A stretch of DNA of 64,000 nucleotides from the NCBI GenBank assembly GCA_963842945.1, contig CAWJIM010000019.1, forward strand, positions 672,001-736,000, in the 5' to 3' direction. The notes below the pieces were generated by a model that saw only the letters and a list, made by a program, of their open reading frames with translations, made no database searches and was not told the origin of the DNA. This document shows, in pieces, positions 1 through 9,012 of this stretch. The translations under genes were made by a program, and so were the position numbers. Position 1 is the first letter of the stretch. Each line of letters starts with the position of its first letter. Source of the stretch: an uncultured Gemmatimonadales bacterium. Lineage in GTDB: Bacteria > Gemmatimonadota > Gemmatimonadetes > Gemmatimonadales > GWC2-71-9.

Positions 1-509
1 GACCTTTGCGGGATTGCCGAGCACGATCGCTTTTGGAGGGATCCGGCCGCTGACCACCGAGCCGGCGGAGACGATCGCGTCGTCGCCGATGTCCGCTCCG
101 GCCAGCACCACCGAGTTGGAGCCGATCCAGACCCGGTGGCCGATGCGCGTGGGCTTGCTGACGCTGCCCTGCTCCTGCAGCGGGACCTCCAGCTGGTCGA
201 ACTGATACGTGCCCGTCAGAATGGTGCAGTTCGGACTGACCAGCACATCGTCGCCCAGCGTGAGCCCCCCTCCCCCGCGCCGAGGAAACACCCGGTGGAG
301 ATCTGACATCGCCGCCCCATGACGAATGGGCCGTTGATCTTCACCTTGGTGAAGGCCGAGATGACGCAACCGCTGCCCCAGGTCGTCGAGTCGGCCAGGT
401 CCACTTCGGCTTTCGCGCTGATGACGGTCCGGTGCTTCGCAAAATAATAGAGACGAACGAGCACCATCGGGATCAGCGCCCGTCGGGTCAGTTTCGAGAT
501 CTTCGCCAT
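1..509 (-). CDS. Hexapeptide-repeat acyltransferase; frameshift near 265, runs off the left edge
   Basis: ORF 216..509 (MAKISK...TGCFLGAGEGG) continues after a C-run in another frame as LTLGDDVLVSPNCTILTG...IGHRVWIGSNSVVLAGADIGDDAIVSAGSVV...GNPAKV, a left-handed beta-helix pattern. Confidence 0.8.
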
Positions 510-806
510 CTACGGCGTTCCCCTGCGCCGACGGGGCGCAGCGACGGGTTGGCTCCACGGCAAGTTATCGGCCACCTGCTGCGAGCCTCGCAAGATAGAC
601 AGGCGTGACCCGCGTACAACCCTGGCAGGACGGCGCTTGAGCGGGTCGGACCACCTCGGGCGAGCACCCAACCATGGCTGGCCTGGTGCCGAAGACCTTC
701 CACACTTGCGGGGCCTCGTATCTTCAAGGCCACGCACCCCGCATCCAGAAGGACACCTCTGCGTCCGCACCCGCCTCGATCTCTCCGGATCGGGCTCAGG
801 GCCCTC

Positions 807-2825
807 GTGGCCCTGGCCCTGCCCGCCTGCCGTAGCGGCGACTTGGGCCCGGCCGCCGAGCCGGGGCAGCCGGCCGTTGTTACAATCACGTCCGGCTCGG
901 GGCAGAGCGGTCCCGCGGGTCGGCCGCTCGCCCGGGCGATCGTGGCCAGGGTCACCGATGCCGAAGGGCATGGCGTCGCGGGACAGCGGGTAACCTTTTC
1001 GACTTCCACAGGGGGCGGCGGACTAACCCCGACTACAGCGGTGACCCGGGAGTCGGGAGAAGCGACCGCCGTCTGGACCCTCGGCACCCAAGCCGGCCCA
1101 ATGACCGCGAGTGCCACCGTGCATGGTCTCGCACCCGCGGACTTCGCGGCCACGGCGGTCGCCGGAGCACCCGCTCGGTTGAGCTTCGTCGCCGCCCCCC
1201 GTGCGGCAGTCGCCGGTCGAGCCTTCGATCCTCCAGTCGCAGTCGTCCTCGAGGACGAGTACGGCAATCGTGTCCCGGGCGGCTCGAGGCAGGTGAGTCT
1301 GGCCTTGAACACCGGCCGGCTCGCCGGGCAGACCTCGGTCGGCGCGGTGGAGGGGCTCGCGGCCTTTCCCGGACTTCACATCGATTCGGCGGGCCTCGGC
1401 TACGTGCTCATTGCGGTGGCCGAGGGTCTCACCGGTGCGGAGAGTCCAGCCTTTCCGGTCGCCTCGGGCGTGGTGGCCGCGTCGCGGTCGACGCTGACTG
1501 CCTCACCCGCCACGGTTAGGACTGGTGAGGCCAGCATTGTGACCGTGACGGCGCGGGACGCCTTCGGCAATCCGGTGGCGGGCGCCCCGGTCGAGATCGG
1601 CGCGAGCGGGTCGGGCAATAGCATCGTGCAGCCTTCGGCGACGGGTGAGGGCGGTAGCGCGAGCGGGTCCATCAGCTCGAGTCGCGCCGGCAGGAAGAGC
1701 ATCACCGCTCGCGTCGGCGGGGTGACGCTCGAGGAGCAAGTCACGGTGGTGGTCCAGTCTCCTGAGATCGCCGAGGTGAGGGTGACGCCGGCGAGCGCGA
1801 CCCTGCTGGCGGGCCAGACCGTGGACCTCAGCGCCGTGGCGCTCGATCAGCAAGGGGACGCGGTCCCGGGAGCGACGATCCGCTGGAGCAGCAGCGACCC
1901 CGACATCGCTCGTGTCGGCACCGCGGGCCGGGTGACCGCCCTCGCACCCGGAGCCGCCATCGTGACCGCGACGAGCGGGGACCGGAGCGGAGCAGCGGAG
2001 ATCACCGTGAGCCTCAACGCCGGCACGCTAACCGACGTCACCTACTGCACCGTGGATCAGGTCGCGGTCAAGATGGATGTCTACATTCCCGACGCCTCGA
2101 AGCCGCGACCTCTCCCGGTCGCGGTGCACGTTCATGGGGGCGGGTGGACCAGTGGAACCAAGTCCTCCGGCAACCGGTTCGGCGAGCTGATGCCCCTCCT
2201 GTTGCAGCGGGGATACCTGGTGGCGAGCCTGGACTACCGGCTCGCGCCGGCGCACCGCTACCCGGCGCAGATCGAGGATGTGAAATGCGCGATCCGCCAC
2301 CTTCGCGCGCGGGCCTCGCGCTACGGGCTCGACCCGGATCGGATCGGCGCCTGGGGCGGCAGCGCTGGTGGCCAGCTCGTCTCCCTGCTGGGGACGGCGG
2401 GCGCGAGCGCCGGCTTCGACGATGTGGGCGGCTTTCAGGGGGCGTCGAGCGAGGTGCAGGCGGTGGTCGCGATCTCGGCCATTACCGACTTCACCCGGCC
2501 GGATGAGCTGCTCGACGACTACAGTCGTGCGTTCCAGACCTGGCCCGACCCCTCGTCAGCCGAGATGGTCGAAGCGAGCCCGGTGACCCATGTCTCCGCG
2601 GACGACGCGCCGTTCCTGCTGATCGCCGGAGAGGACGACGATCTGGTGCTGCCGGCACAGTCGCGGCGCTTGCATCAGCGGCTGCTGGACGCGGGCGTGC
2701 CCTCGACCCTGCTCACCGTGAGCAACGCGGACCACGACCTCGAGCCTACGGACGGCCCGACCGACCCGTCACCGGGGGTCATCAACTCGCGCTTGGCGGA
2801 CTTCTTCGACCGGCACCTCCGCTAG
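807..2825 (+). CDS. Lipoprotein with bacterial Ig-like domains fused to a C-terminal alpha/beta-hydrolase (carboxylesterase, HSL/BD-FAE type)
   Basis: Lipobox-like LALPAC; Ig-like segments (VTARDAFGNPVAG, IRWSSSDPDIARV); HGGGW and WGGSAGG motifs, candidate catalytic Asp/His near the end. True start may be slightly upstream. Confidence 0.8.
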   Translation: MALALPACRSGDLGPAAEPGQPAVVTITSGSGQSGPAGRPLARAIVARVTDAEGHGVAGQRVTFSTSTGGGGLTPTTAVTRESGEATAVWTLGTQAGPMTASATVHGLAPADFAATAVAGAPARLSFVAAPRAAVAGRAFDPPVAVVLEDEYGNRVPGGSRQVSLALNTGRLAGQTSVGAVEGLAAFPGLHIDSAGLGYVLIAVAEGLTGAESPAFPVASGVVAASRSTLTASPATVRTGEASIVTVTARDAFGNPVAGAPVEIGASGSGNSIVQPSATGEGGSASGSISSSRAGRKSITARVGGVTLEEQVTVVVQSPEIAEVRVTPASATLLAGQTVDLSAVALDQQGDAVPGATIRWSSSDPDIARVGTAGRVTALAPGAAIVTATSGDRSGAAEITVSLNAGTLTDVTYCTVDQVAVKMDVYIPDASKPRPLPVAVHVHGGGWTSGTKSSGNRFGELMPLLLQRGYLVASLDYRLAPAHRYPAQIEDVKCAIRHLRARASRYGLDPDRIGAWGGSAGGQLVSLLGTAGASAGFDDVGGFQGASSEVQAVVAISAITDFTRPDELLDDYSRAFQTWPDPSSAEMVEASPVTHVSADDAPFLLIAGEDDDLVLPAQSRRLHQRLLDAGVPSTLLTVSNADHDLEPTDGPTDPSPGVINSRLADFFDRHLR

Positions 2826-3465
2826 CCTCGGGCGTTCGCTTCGCCCCCGGCACGACGCCCACCTGCCGCGCCTTCTCCCGGAACAGCGGCCCGTGATCCA
2901 CCGGCAGGCCGGTCTCCGCCTGCCACTGGTGCACCATCTCGTGCAGCAGCGTCTGCTCCACCTCGCTCCACCGGTGCCGCGCGATGTGGCGACGGCTGAT
3001 CGCGATCTCGATCGGCTGCCCGGTGCGGATGTCCACGCTGAGCTCGCCGAGCCGACTTCGCATCCGGCCGGAGAGCCGGATCGGCACGGCGGACAGCTTG
3101 CCGGCGAAGTGCCCCCGGTTGAACCGGTCGAAGGCCTGACTGAGCCGGTGGACCAGCAGCAGGTCGCCCGGCCGGGGGCGCTCCTGCCGGAGCCGCGGCG
3201 CGCCGCCCGACGCGTACTCCTCCACCGGAAAGGCGAGCAGCTCTCGTTCGGCCGCACGGCGGACGGCGCGCGGGAGCCGCGGGTCGAGGAAGCGGATGAT
3301 CGCCCGCAGCACACCGTCGGACGCGTAGGCGTATCCCGCGTGGATCCGGAGGACCCGCCGCTTCCCGATGCTGACCATCACGCTTCGATTGGTGTGCGTG
3401 ACCACACGCGAGACTCCGTGCAGGCCGAGCAGGTAGAGGCGGGCTGGCAGATCCTCTTGGATCAC
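2782..3465 (-). CDS. SprT-like zinc metalloprotease domain protein
   Basis: C-terminal part of ORF 2782..4092: FDRFNRGHF, LSGRMRSRLG, TLLHEMVHQWQ, HGPLF; GTG start overlaps the stop of the upstream gene. Confidence 0.8.
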   Translation of the reverse strand: MIQEDLPARLYLLGLHGVSRVVTHTNRSVMVSIGKRRVLRIHAGYAYASDGVLRAIIRFLDPRLPRAVRRAAERELLAFPVEEYASGGAPRLRQERPRPGDLLLVHRLSQAFDRFNRGHFAGKLSAVPIRLSGRMRSRLGELSVDIRTGQPIEIAISRRHIARHRWSEVEQTLLHEMVHQWQAETGLPVDHGPLFREKARQVGVVPGAKRTPEASGGAGRRSPPSAS

Positions 3466-4334
3466 AGGGGCTGATCTCCTCCCGCCACGGACACGGCGAC
3501 CTTCGGCGGACCCGCTCGCGCGAAGGAGAACGTGTCGGAGCGGGTGAACTCCTTGGTCCGAAGCGCCCAACGGTAGTGCTGAATGTGTACCGCGCCGGCG
3601 TCGATGGTCACCAGGTTGAACACCGATGGGCGCCCGCCGCGGGAGCGATGACTGTGGGTGCCCGAGGTGCTCACGGCCAGACTTCCGTCGATCTGTCCCG
3701 CGCCCTCCTGGTGGTCGTGTCCGCAGAGGATGACGTCGGCGCCGGTGGCGAGGAGGCGGCGGTACGCCTTGCGCCAATTGGCGAGCCCCATCCGCCGTGA
3801 AAGCTCGCCGGGCAGCACGTTGTGATGGAACACGAGCACCCGCGCGGCTCCGGGCGGCGCCTTGGCGAAGATCGCCGTGACCCGGTCGGTCTCGCGGGCC
3901 GGCAGGTGCCCCTTCACCGCGACGTCTCGGATGTTCCAGGTCAGCGAGCCCAGCGCGACCCCGTAGCTGCTGAGCGCGCCCGCGATGACCGCGCCGGGGA
4001 TCTCCAGCACCGGCCTGAGCTCGTGGAAGTACCGCGAGTACTTCTGGTACTTGCGCTGCTCGCCGAGCAGGCCGAGCGGACTCTTCCACCACTCGATGTC
4101 ATGGTTGCCCGGCACGACCAGCAGGGGCGCGTGGGGGCGCAACCGGTTGAAGAAGGCGTGCGCCGCCTGGAACTCCCCATGCCGGGCGCGCTGGGACAGG
4201 TCGCCGGAAATGACGATGGCATCCAGCCCCAGCGTCGGGAGGAACGCCTCGAGGGCCTCGATCTGCGCCAGATCGGCGTAGCCGCCGAAGTGGAGGTCCG
4301 AGAGGTGCGCGATGACGACCCGCTCGGCGCTCAT
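3462..4334 (-). CDS. Calcineurin-like metallophosphoesterase
   Basis: HLSDLHFG, SGDL, PGNHD, FHH, LCGHDH motifs. Confidence 0.9.
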   Translation of the reverse strand: MSAERVVIAHLSDLHFGGYADLAQIEALEAFLPTLGLDAIVISGDLSQRARHGEFQAAHAFFNRLRPHAPLLVVPGNHDIEWWKSPLGLLGEQRKYQKYSRYFHELRPVLEIPGAVIAGALSSYGVALGSLTWNIRDVAVKGHLPARETDRVTAIFAKAPPGAARVLVFHHNVLPGELSRRMGLANWRKAYRRLLATGADVILCGHDHQEGAGQIDGSLAVSTSGTHSHRSRGGRPSVFNLVTIDAGAVHIQHYRWALRTKEFTRSDTFSFARAGPPKVAVSVAGGDQPL

Positions 4335-4335
4335 C

Positions 4336-5691
4336 TCACCACACGATCCGGAGCCGGTACGTCACTTCGGCTTCGCCGCGGGCGGGCACCTTTACACGGA
4401 AGCGGGTGCGCACGGTGGAAAGCTTCTCCGCAGGGACCGAGCTCTTCACCACGGACCACTCGCCCGCCCGCTCCTCGATCACGTCCACGGTCGTGGCGCT
4501 GTCGGTGGCGTTGCGCACCGTCACGCGGTAGTCGGCGGTGGCAACCGTCCGTACGCCCTGAGCGGCGGTGCTGTCGCGGCGGGTGACGTAGCCGGTCTGC
4601 ACCCGCCGCGCGGTGAGATCGAAGGCGATCCCGGCGGCGAGCCGGAGGTCGCGCCCCGCGGGAGTGTGCTCCATCGAGGCCTCGCCCACGAGTTGCGGCC
4701 GGCCCGCGCTGTCGGGCTGATAGATCCGGGCGACGCCACCGGGCAGCGGCCGATCGCCGAACTCGGTCTTGTGGGGACGCTTGAGGGTGTAGCTCACCTC
4801 GACCGGCGCCTCGCTCTCCTCGCCCTCCTGGGGGAGGATGCCCCAGTACGGCACCAGCCCACGCACCTCGTACGTCCGCTCGTACGGTACCTCGGCCGGC
4901 TCGAACAACGCGACCGAAGTGGTGAGCCCCGGGAGCAGCGTGCTCTTGCCGGGAAGCGTGTAGAGGTGGAACTCGCCCACCCGCTGCTCGCTCGCGGCCT
5001 GGTCGGCCATGGCGTACGCCGCCTCGAGGCGGCGCTCCATCGGCCGGGGCGGCTCCGGCGCCTTGTCGGCCCGCCCGACGGAGCCGGCGAGGAGCTGGAC
5101 ATCGGCCTTTTCGGCGCGGAGGCCCTGCGACTCCAGCACCGCGAGCCCCGCGACGCGGGCCGTACGGCCGCCGATCGTCACCTGGTAGCTCGCCTGCCAG
5201 GTCGCGCCGCCGGTGAAGTACCCCAGGCGGAGCGTCTTCCGCTCCCTGGTGCTGAAGAGGTCGATGGCGGCGCTCGGATCGGCCACCACCACCTCGGCCG
5301 GATACATCGCCGCGCCTGGGGGCTGGAAGGTGATACGGCCGTCGGGCAGCTGGAGTCGCAGCGGATCAACCCCGAGCACGACCGCGCTCAGCGTGTCCTT
5401 GGACTCGGGCAGCCGGAACACGATCCTGCGGCCGACCGAGCGCCGCAGCGCGCTGCCTTCGTCGGTGGCCCCGTCGTAGCTGACCCGGGTGATCGCCACG
5501 CCGGAGTCGAGCGGAAAGAGCGAGGCGGGATCGAGCGGGCCAAGGCTGACCTTGTGGCTCGAGCTCCCCTTCGGCACGGCGACGGGAACCTCGCGCCGCA
5601 CCAGGACGCGCCCGTCGTTGTAGATGGTCACACTGGTCTGCGCGGAGAGCGGGGCGGCCAGCACCCCGAGCGCCAGCAGGCTCTTCATCAT
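4336..5691 (-). CDS. DUF4139-domain secreted protein
   Basis: Signal peptide MMKSLLALGVLAAPLSAQ then TSVTIYND; GEFHLYTLP, PLPGGVARIY, AFDL motifs. Confidence 0.8.
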   Translation of the reverse strand: MMKSLLALGVLAAPLSAQTSVTIYNDGRVLVRREVPVAVPKGSSSHKVSLGPLDPASLFPLDSGVAITRVSYDGATDEGSALRRSVGRRIVFRLPESKDTLSAVVLGVDPLRLQLPDGRITFQPPGAAMYPAEVVVADPSAAIDLFSTRERKTLRLGYFTGGATWQASYQVTIGGRTARVAGLAVLESQGLRAEKADVQLLAGSVGRADKAPEPPRPMERRLEAAYAMADQAASEQRVGEFHLYTLPGKSTLLPGLTTSVALFEPAEVPYERTYEVRGLVPYWGILPQEGEESEAPVEVSYTLKRPHKTEFGDRPLPGGVARIYQPDSAGRPQLVGEASMEHTPAGRDLRLAAGIAFDLTARRVQTGYVTRRDSTAAQGVRTVATADYRVTVRNATDSATTVDVIEERAGEWSVVKSSVPAEKLSTVRTRFRVKVPARGEAEVTYRLRIVW

Positions 5692-5960
5692 TTCATGGTC
5701 TCCATGGCCACGCGGCTCGCGATGCGCCGCACGATGATGTAGGTCGCCAGGACGGCGACCGCCCCGTAGACCCGAGCCATCGGATCCGGGGGCATGGTGA
5801 GTGCGACGTACAGACCCATCAGCAACGTCGCGGCCAGGGAGATGCGGGTAGCCAGCTTTGATGCACGCCGGGACCGCTCCGCGCGGCAACGCGGGCAGAG
5901 ATCGCCCCAGGCGAGACCGACCACCCGGTCGCCGCACTTCGCACAGGGGACCTCAGGCAA
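5688..5960 (-). CDS. Small membrane protein with N-terminal CxxC...CxxC zinc ribbon
   Basis: CAKC...CPRC followed by two hydrophobic helices; overlaps both neighbours; start uncertain. Confidence 0.6.
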   Translation of the reverse strand: MPEVPCAKCGDRVVGLAWGDLCPRCRAERSRRASKLATRISLAATLLMGLYVALTMPPDPMARVYGAVAVLATYIIVRRIASRVAMETMK

Positions 5961-6969
5961 CCCGCCGCGCGACAGCACGGCCGAACTCCTCGGTGGAAGC
6001 CGTTCCGCCGAGATCCCGGGTGCGGATCCCGTCGGTCACGATGGTGTCGATCACGCCCCGCCGGATCCGCTCGGCCCGGCCCAGCTCGCCCAGGTGGTCG
6101 AGCATCATCGCGGCCGCGAGCATCTGGGCGGAGGGATTGGCGACGCCCTTGCCGGCGATGTCCGGGGCGCTGCCGTGCACCGCCTCGAAGATCGCGGCCT
6201 TGGTGCCGATGTTGGCGCCCGGCGCGAGCCCCAGGCCGCCGACCAGGCCGGAGACCTCGTCGCTCAGGATGTCGCCGAACATGTTCGTGGTCACCATGAC
6301 GTCGAACTGCTCGGGCCGCATCACCAGCTGCATCGCGGTGTTGTCCACGATCATGTCGTTGGACTCCACCCGGCCGGCGTACTCCTCGGCGATCGCACGG
6401 CCCACCTCGAGGAACAGGCCGCTCACCATCTTCAGGATGTTCGCCTTGTGCACGATGGTGACCTTGCGCCGGCCCTGTCGCAGGGCGTACTCGAAGGCGT
6501 AGCGCACGATGCGCTCGCACCCCGCGCGGGTGACGATGGCCATGGACTCGGCCACCGCGCGGGGGTCGTCGCCGATCTGCACGAAGTGCTCGACCCCGAT
6601 GTAGAGCCCCTCGAGGTTCTCCCGCACCAGCACGATGTCCACGTTCTCGAACCGGCCGCCGGGTACGATGGACTTGGCGGGACGAACGTTGGCGAAGAGC
6701 TCGAATTCCTTGCGGAGGCCGACGTTGACCGAGCGGAACCCGGTTCCGACCGGGGTGGTGAGGGGACCCTTGAGGGCGACGGTGTTCTTGCGGATGCTCT
6801 CGACGGTGGCGTCGGGCAGCGGGGTACCCGTGGCCTCGACGGCGCTCATCCCGGCGAGCTCCTCGTCCCAGTTGAAGCGCAGCCCGGTGGCCTCGAGGAC
6901 CTTCACCGTCTGGGCCGTGATCTCCGGACCGATGCCGTCCCCGGGGATGAGGGTGACGTCGTAGGTCAT
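5953..6969 (-). CDS. Isocitrate/isopropylmalate dehydrogenase family (likely NAD-dependent IDH)
   Basis: IPGDGIGPEI, LKGPLTTP, RENLEGLY, VHKANILK, NMFGDILSD, FEAVHGSAPDIAG. Confidence 0.92.
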   Translation of the reverse strand: MTYDVTLIPGDGIGPEITAQTVKVLEATGLRFNWDEELAGMSAVEATGTPLPDATVESIRKNTVALKGPLTTPVGTGFRSVNVGLRKEFELFANVRPAKSIVPGGRFENVDIVLVRENLEGLYIGVEHFVQIGDDPRAVAESMAIVTRAGCERIVRYAFEYALRQGRRKVTIVHKANILKMVSGLFLEVGRAIAEEYAGRVESNDMIVDNTAMQLVMRPEQFDVMVTTNMFGDILSDEVSGLVGGLGLAPGANIGTKAAIFEAVHGSAPDIAGKGVANPSAQMLAAAMMLDHLGELGRAERIRRGVIDTIVTDGIRTRDLGGTASTEEFGRAVARRVA

Positions 6970-7624
6970 GGCCCGCCGGTGTCGAGGGGGAGCACCGCCG
7001 TGAGCGCGGCATCGAGCGCGGTCTGCGGGTCGGCGCCGCTGCCTTTGGCCAGCGAGCGCCAGAGCACCTTTCCGCTCCGGGTATCCGCGACGACCAGCGT
7101 GAGATCGGCGCGGATCCGCCCGTCCGCCTGCCGCCCGAACCCGAGCGACGCCGGCACCATGACCGCTCGCCCGCCCACCACCGCCATCAGGTTCCGCAGC
7201 GAGGAGCGCAGCGGATCGGGAATGTCCTTCAGCTTGGGCGAGCGCAGCATCGCCTGGCCCATCTGGTCGGGGTCGCCGACGATGCCGGGCGAGCGCCGCG
7301 CGGCCTTGCGCAGCTCGGGCGGAAGGACCCAGCGCACCTCGGGCGCACGGCCGGTGAACGCCTCGCCGATGAGCGAGTCGGCCCAGAGGAGCGTCGTCTG
7401 GCGGTCGCGATAGGGAGCGTAGATGGTGTCCGACTGGAGAGCGGGATCGGCGGCGATGAGCGTGATGGGCATGACGGCGACACTCTGCCCGACGAGCGCT
7501 TCGGTCGGCACCGGTGGCGCCAGCTCCCGCGCGGCGGGGCCGGAGCGACGGGCGCGGGCTGCTGCGCGCCGGCCGCGCAACTGAACGACAGCAGCGCGAG
7601 TATCACGGCGGGAATCGGTTTCAC
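6966..7624 (-). CDS. Hypothetical lipoprotein; frameshift near 7530
   Basis: GTG start MKPIPAVILALLSFSC (lipobox) joins ORF 6966..7580 after an indel; TACTTT lies 6 nt before the start. Confidence 0.6.
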
Positions 7625-7652
7625 GGCGGGAAAGTAAACAGATAAGCCCGCT

Positions 7653-7684
7653 ACTGTCATCCCGAGCGAAGCGAGGGAACTTGC
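7653..7684 (+). repeat. REP-like palindrome (TGTCAT/CGTC type), left copy
   Basis: actgtcatcccgagcgaagcgagggaacttgc; reverse complement of 7996..8027 with one mismatch in 32. Confidence 0.9.
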
Positions 7685-7689
7685 TCGGT

Positions 7690-7990
7690 CTGATCGGGGA
7701 AGCCAGTCGAGTGCGAGGTCCTGCCAGCCGGGGTTGGTGGCCTCGATCAGCCGCACCTTCTTCTCCCGGCGCCAGCTCTTGATCTCCCGCTCCATCTCGA
7801 CCATCGCACGCGAGTTTGGCGTGACGTCATACCAGACGAGCCGGTTGACATTGTAGCGCTTAGTGAACCCGGGAATCAGGCCGTGCCGATGCTGGTAGAC
7901 TCGCCGGGCCAGATCGCAGGTGCTCCCGACATAGAGAACCCCGGACTTGCTGGCAAGGATGTACACGAAATAAGCGAGGGCTCGAGCCAT
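7690..7990 (-). CDS. Small GIY-YIG nuclease (about 100-aa stand-alone type); 3' end uncertain
   Basis: MARALAYFVYILASKSGVLYVGSTCDLARRVYQH...GFTKRYNVNRLVWY...EREIKSWRREKKVRLIEATNPGWQDL; no in-frame stop before the left REP. Confidence 0.88.
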
Positions 7991-7995
7991 GACTG

Positions 7996-8027
7996 GCAAG
8001 ATCCCTCGCTTCGCTCGGGATGACAGT
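7996..8027 (-). repeat. REP-like palindrome, right copy (inverted)
   Basis: gcaagatccctcgcttcgctcgggatgacagt. Confidence 0.9.
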
Positions 8028-8057
8028 GGCCTTGTCCTGCAAGCCGTCGCGAAACCC

Positions 8058-8924
8058 CTACTCCAGCGACAGCCCCCCATCCACCACGATCGTCTGTCCC
8101 GTGATGTGCCGCGCGGATTCGGAGCAGAGGAAGGAGACCACGTGCGCCACGTCCTCGGGATCGGCGACCCGGCCGAGGACCGAGCTCTTCTGCGCCCGCT
8201 CGACGACCTCGGAAGGGAGCATGGCCATCCGCTCGGTGCGGATGAACCCCGGCGCGACGGCGTTGACGTTGACGTTGGCCGGGCCCAGCTCCACGGCTGC
8301 CGCGCGGGTGAGCCCGAGCAGTGCCGCCTTGCTCGCGGCGTAGTTCGCGACGCCGAAGCCGGGCCGCTTGGCCTGATGCGCGCTGATGTTCACGATCTTG
8401 CCATAGTGCTGCTGCCGGAAGATCGGCGCGACCGAGCGGATGCAGTTGAAGGAGCCGGTGAGGTTGGTGTCGAGCACCTCGCGCCAGGCTACCTCGCTGA
8501 GCCGCCAGAGCGCCCCGTCGTTGGCGATCCCGGCGTTGTTCACCAGGAAGTGGACGCCGCCCAGCCTCTGCCGGGTCTCGGTCACGAAGCGCTCGACGTC
8601 ATCGCGATCCCGGACGTCGCAGCGGGAGGCATGGACCCCGATGCCCATCGCGGCCAGCGCGGTCTCGGTGAGCAGCGCCTGCTCCACCACGTCGCGCCCG
8701 GGCAGGTTGACGAAGCAGAAGGCCACGTTGCAGCCGAGCTTCCCGAACTCCATCGCCACCGCTCGCCCCAGCCCCGTGGCCCCGCCGGTCACGATGACGA
8801 CCTTCCCCTTCCATCCCCTCCGGATCGGCTGCGGCTCGGGCTCCTCGAGCGTGCCCGCACCCGCGTCGGGGGCCTCGTACTCCCACGACGGCCGGTGGCC
8901 GAAACCAAAGGATGGCAAGGGCAT
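8058..8924 (-). CDS. SDR family oxidoreductase (FabG-like)
   Basis: TGGATGLG, NNAGI, YAASK, VNAVAPGFI, ITGQTIVVDGG. Confidence 0.9.
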   Translation of the reverse strand: MPLPSFGFGHRPSWEYEAPDAGAGTLEEPEPQPIRRGWKGKVVIVTGGATGLGRAVAMEFGKLGCNVAFCFVNLPGRDVVEQALLTETALAAMGIGVHASRCDVRDRDDVERFVTETRQRLGGVHFLVNNAGIANDGALWRLSEVAWREVLDTNLTGSFNCIRSVAPIFRQQHYGKIVNISAHQAKRPGFGVANYAASKAALLGLTRAAAVELGPANVNVNAVAPGFIRTERMAMLPSEVVERAQKSSVLGRVADPEDVAHVVSFLCSESARHITGQTIVVDGGLSLE

Positions 8925-9012
8925 GGACCACGAAGGTACGGCGCGCTCGGGGGGACGGCAAGATAGCCCGGTCGCCCTTCGTTCCGCCCTTTTCCCCTCT
9001 TAAGTTGGTCTC

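Larger units (their letters stand above)
7653..8027. mobile_element. Putative REP-flanked GIY-YIG element (375 bp)
   Basis: Single nuclease gene enclosed by 32-bp inverted repeats between two housekeeping-type genes; mobility is inferred. Confidence 0.55.
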
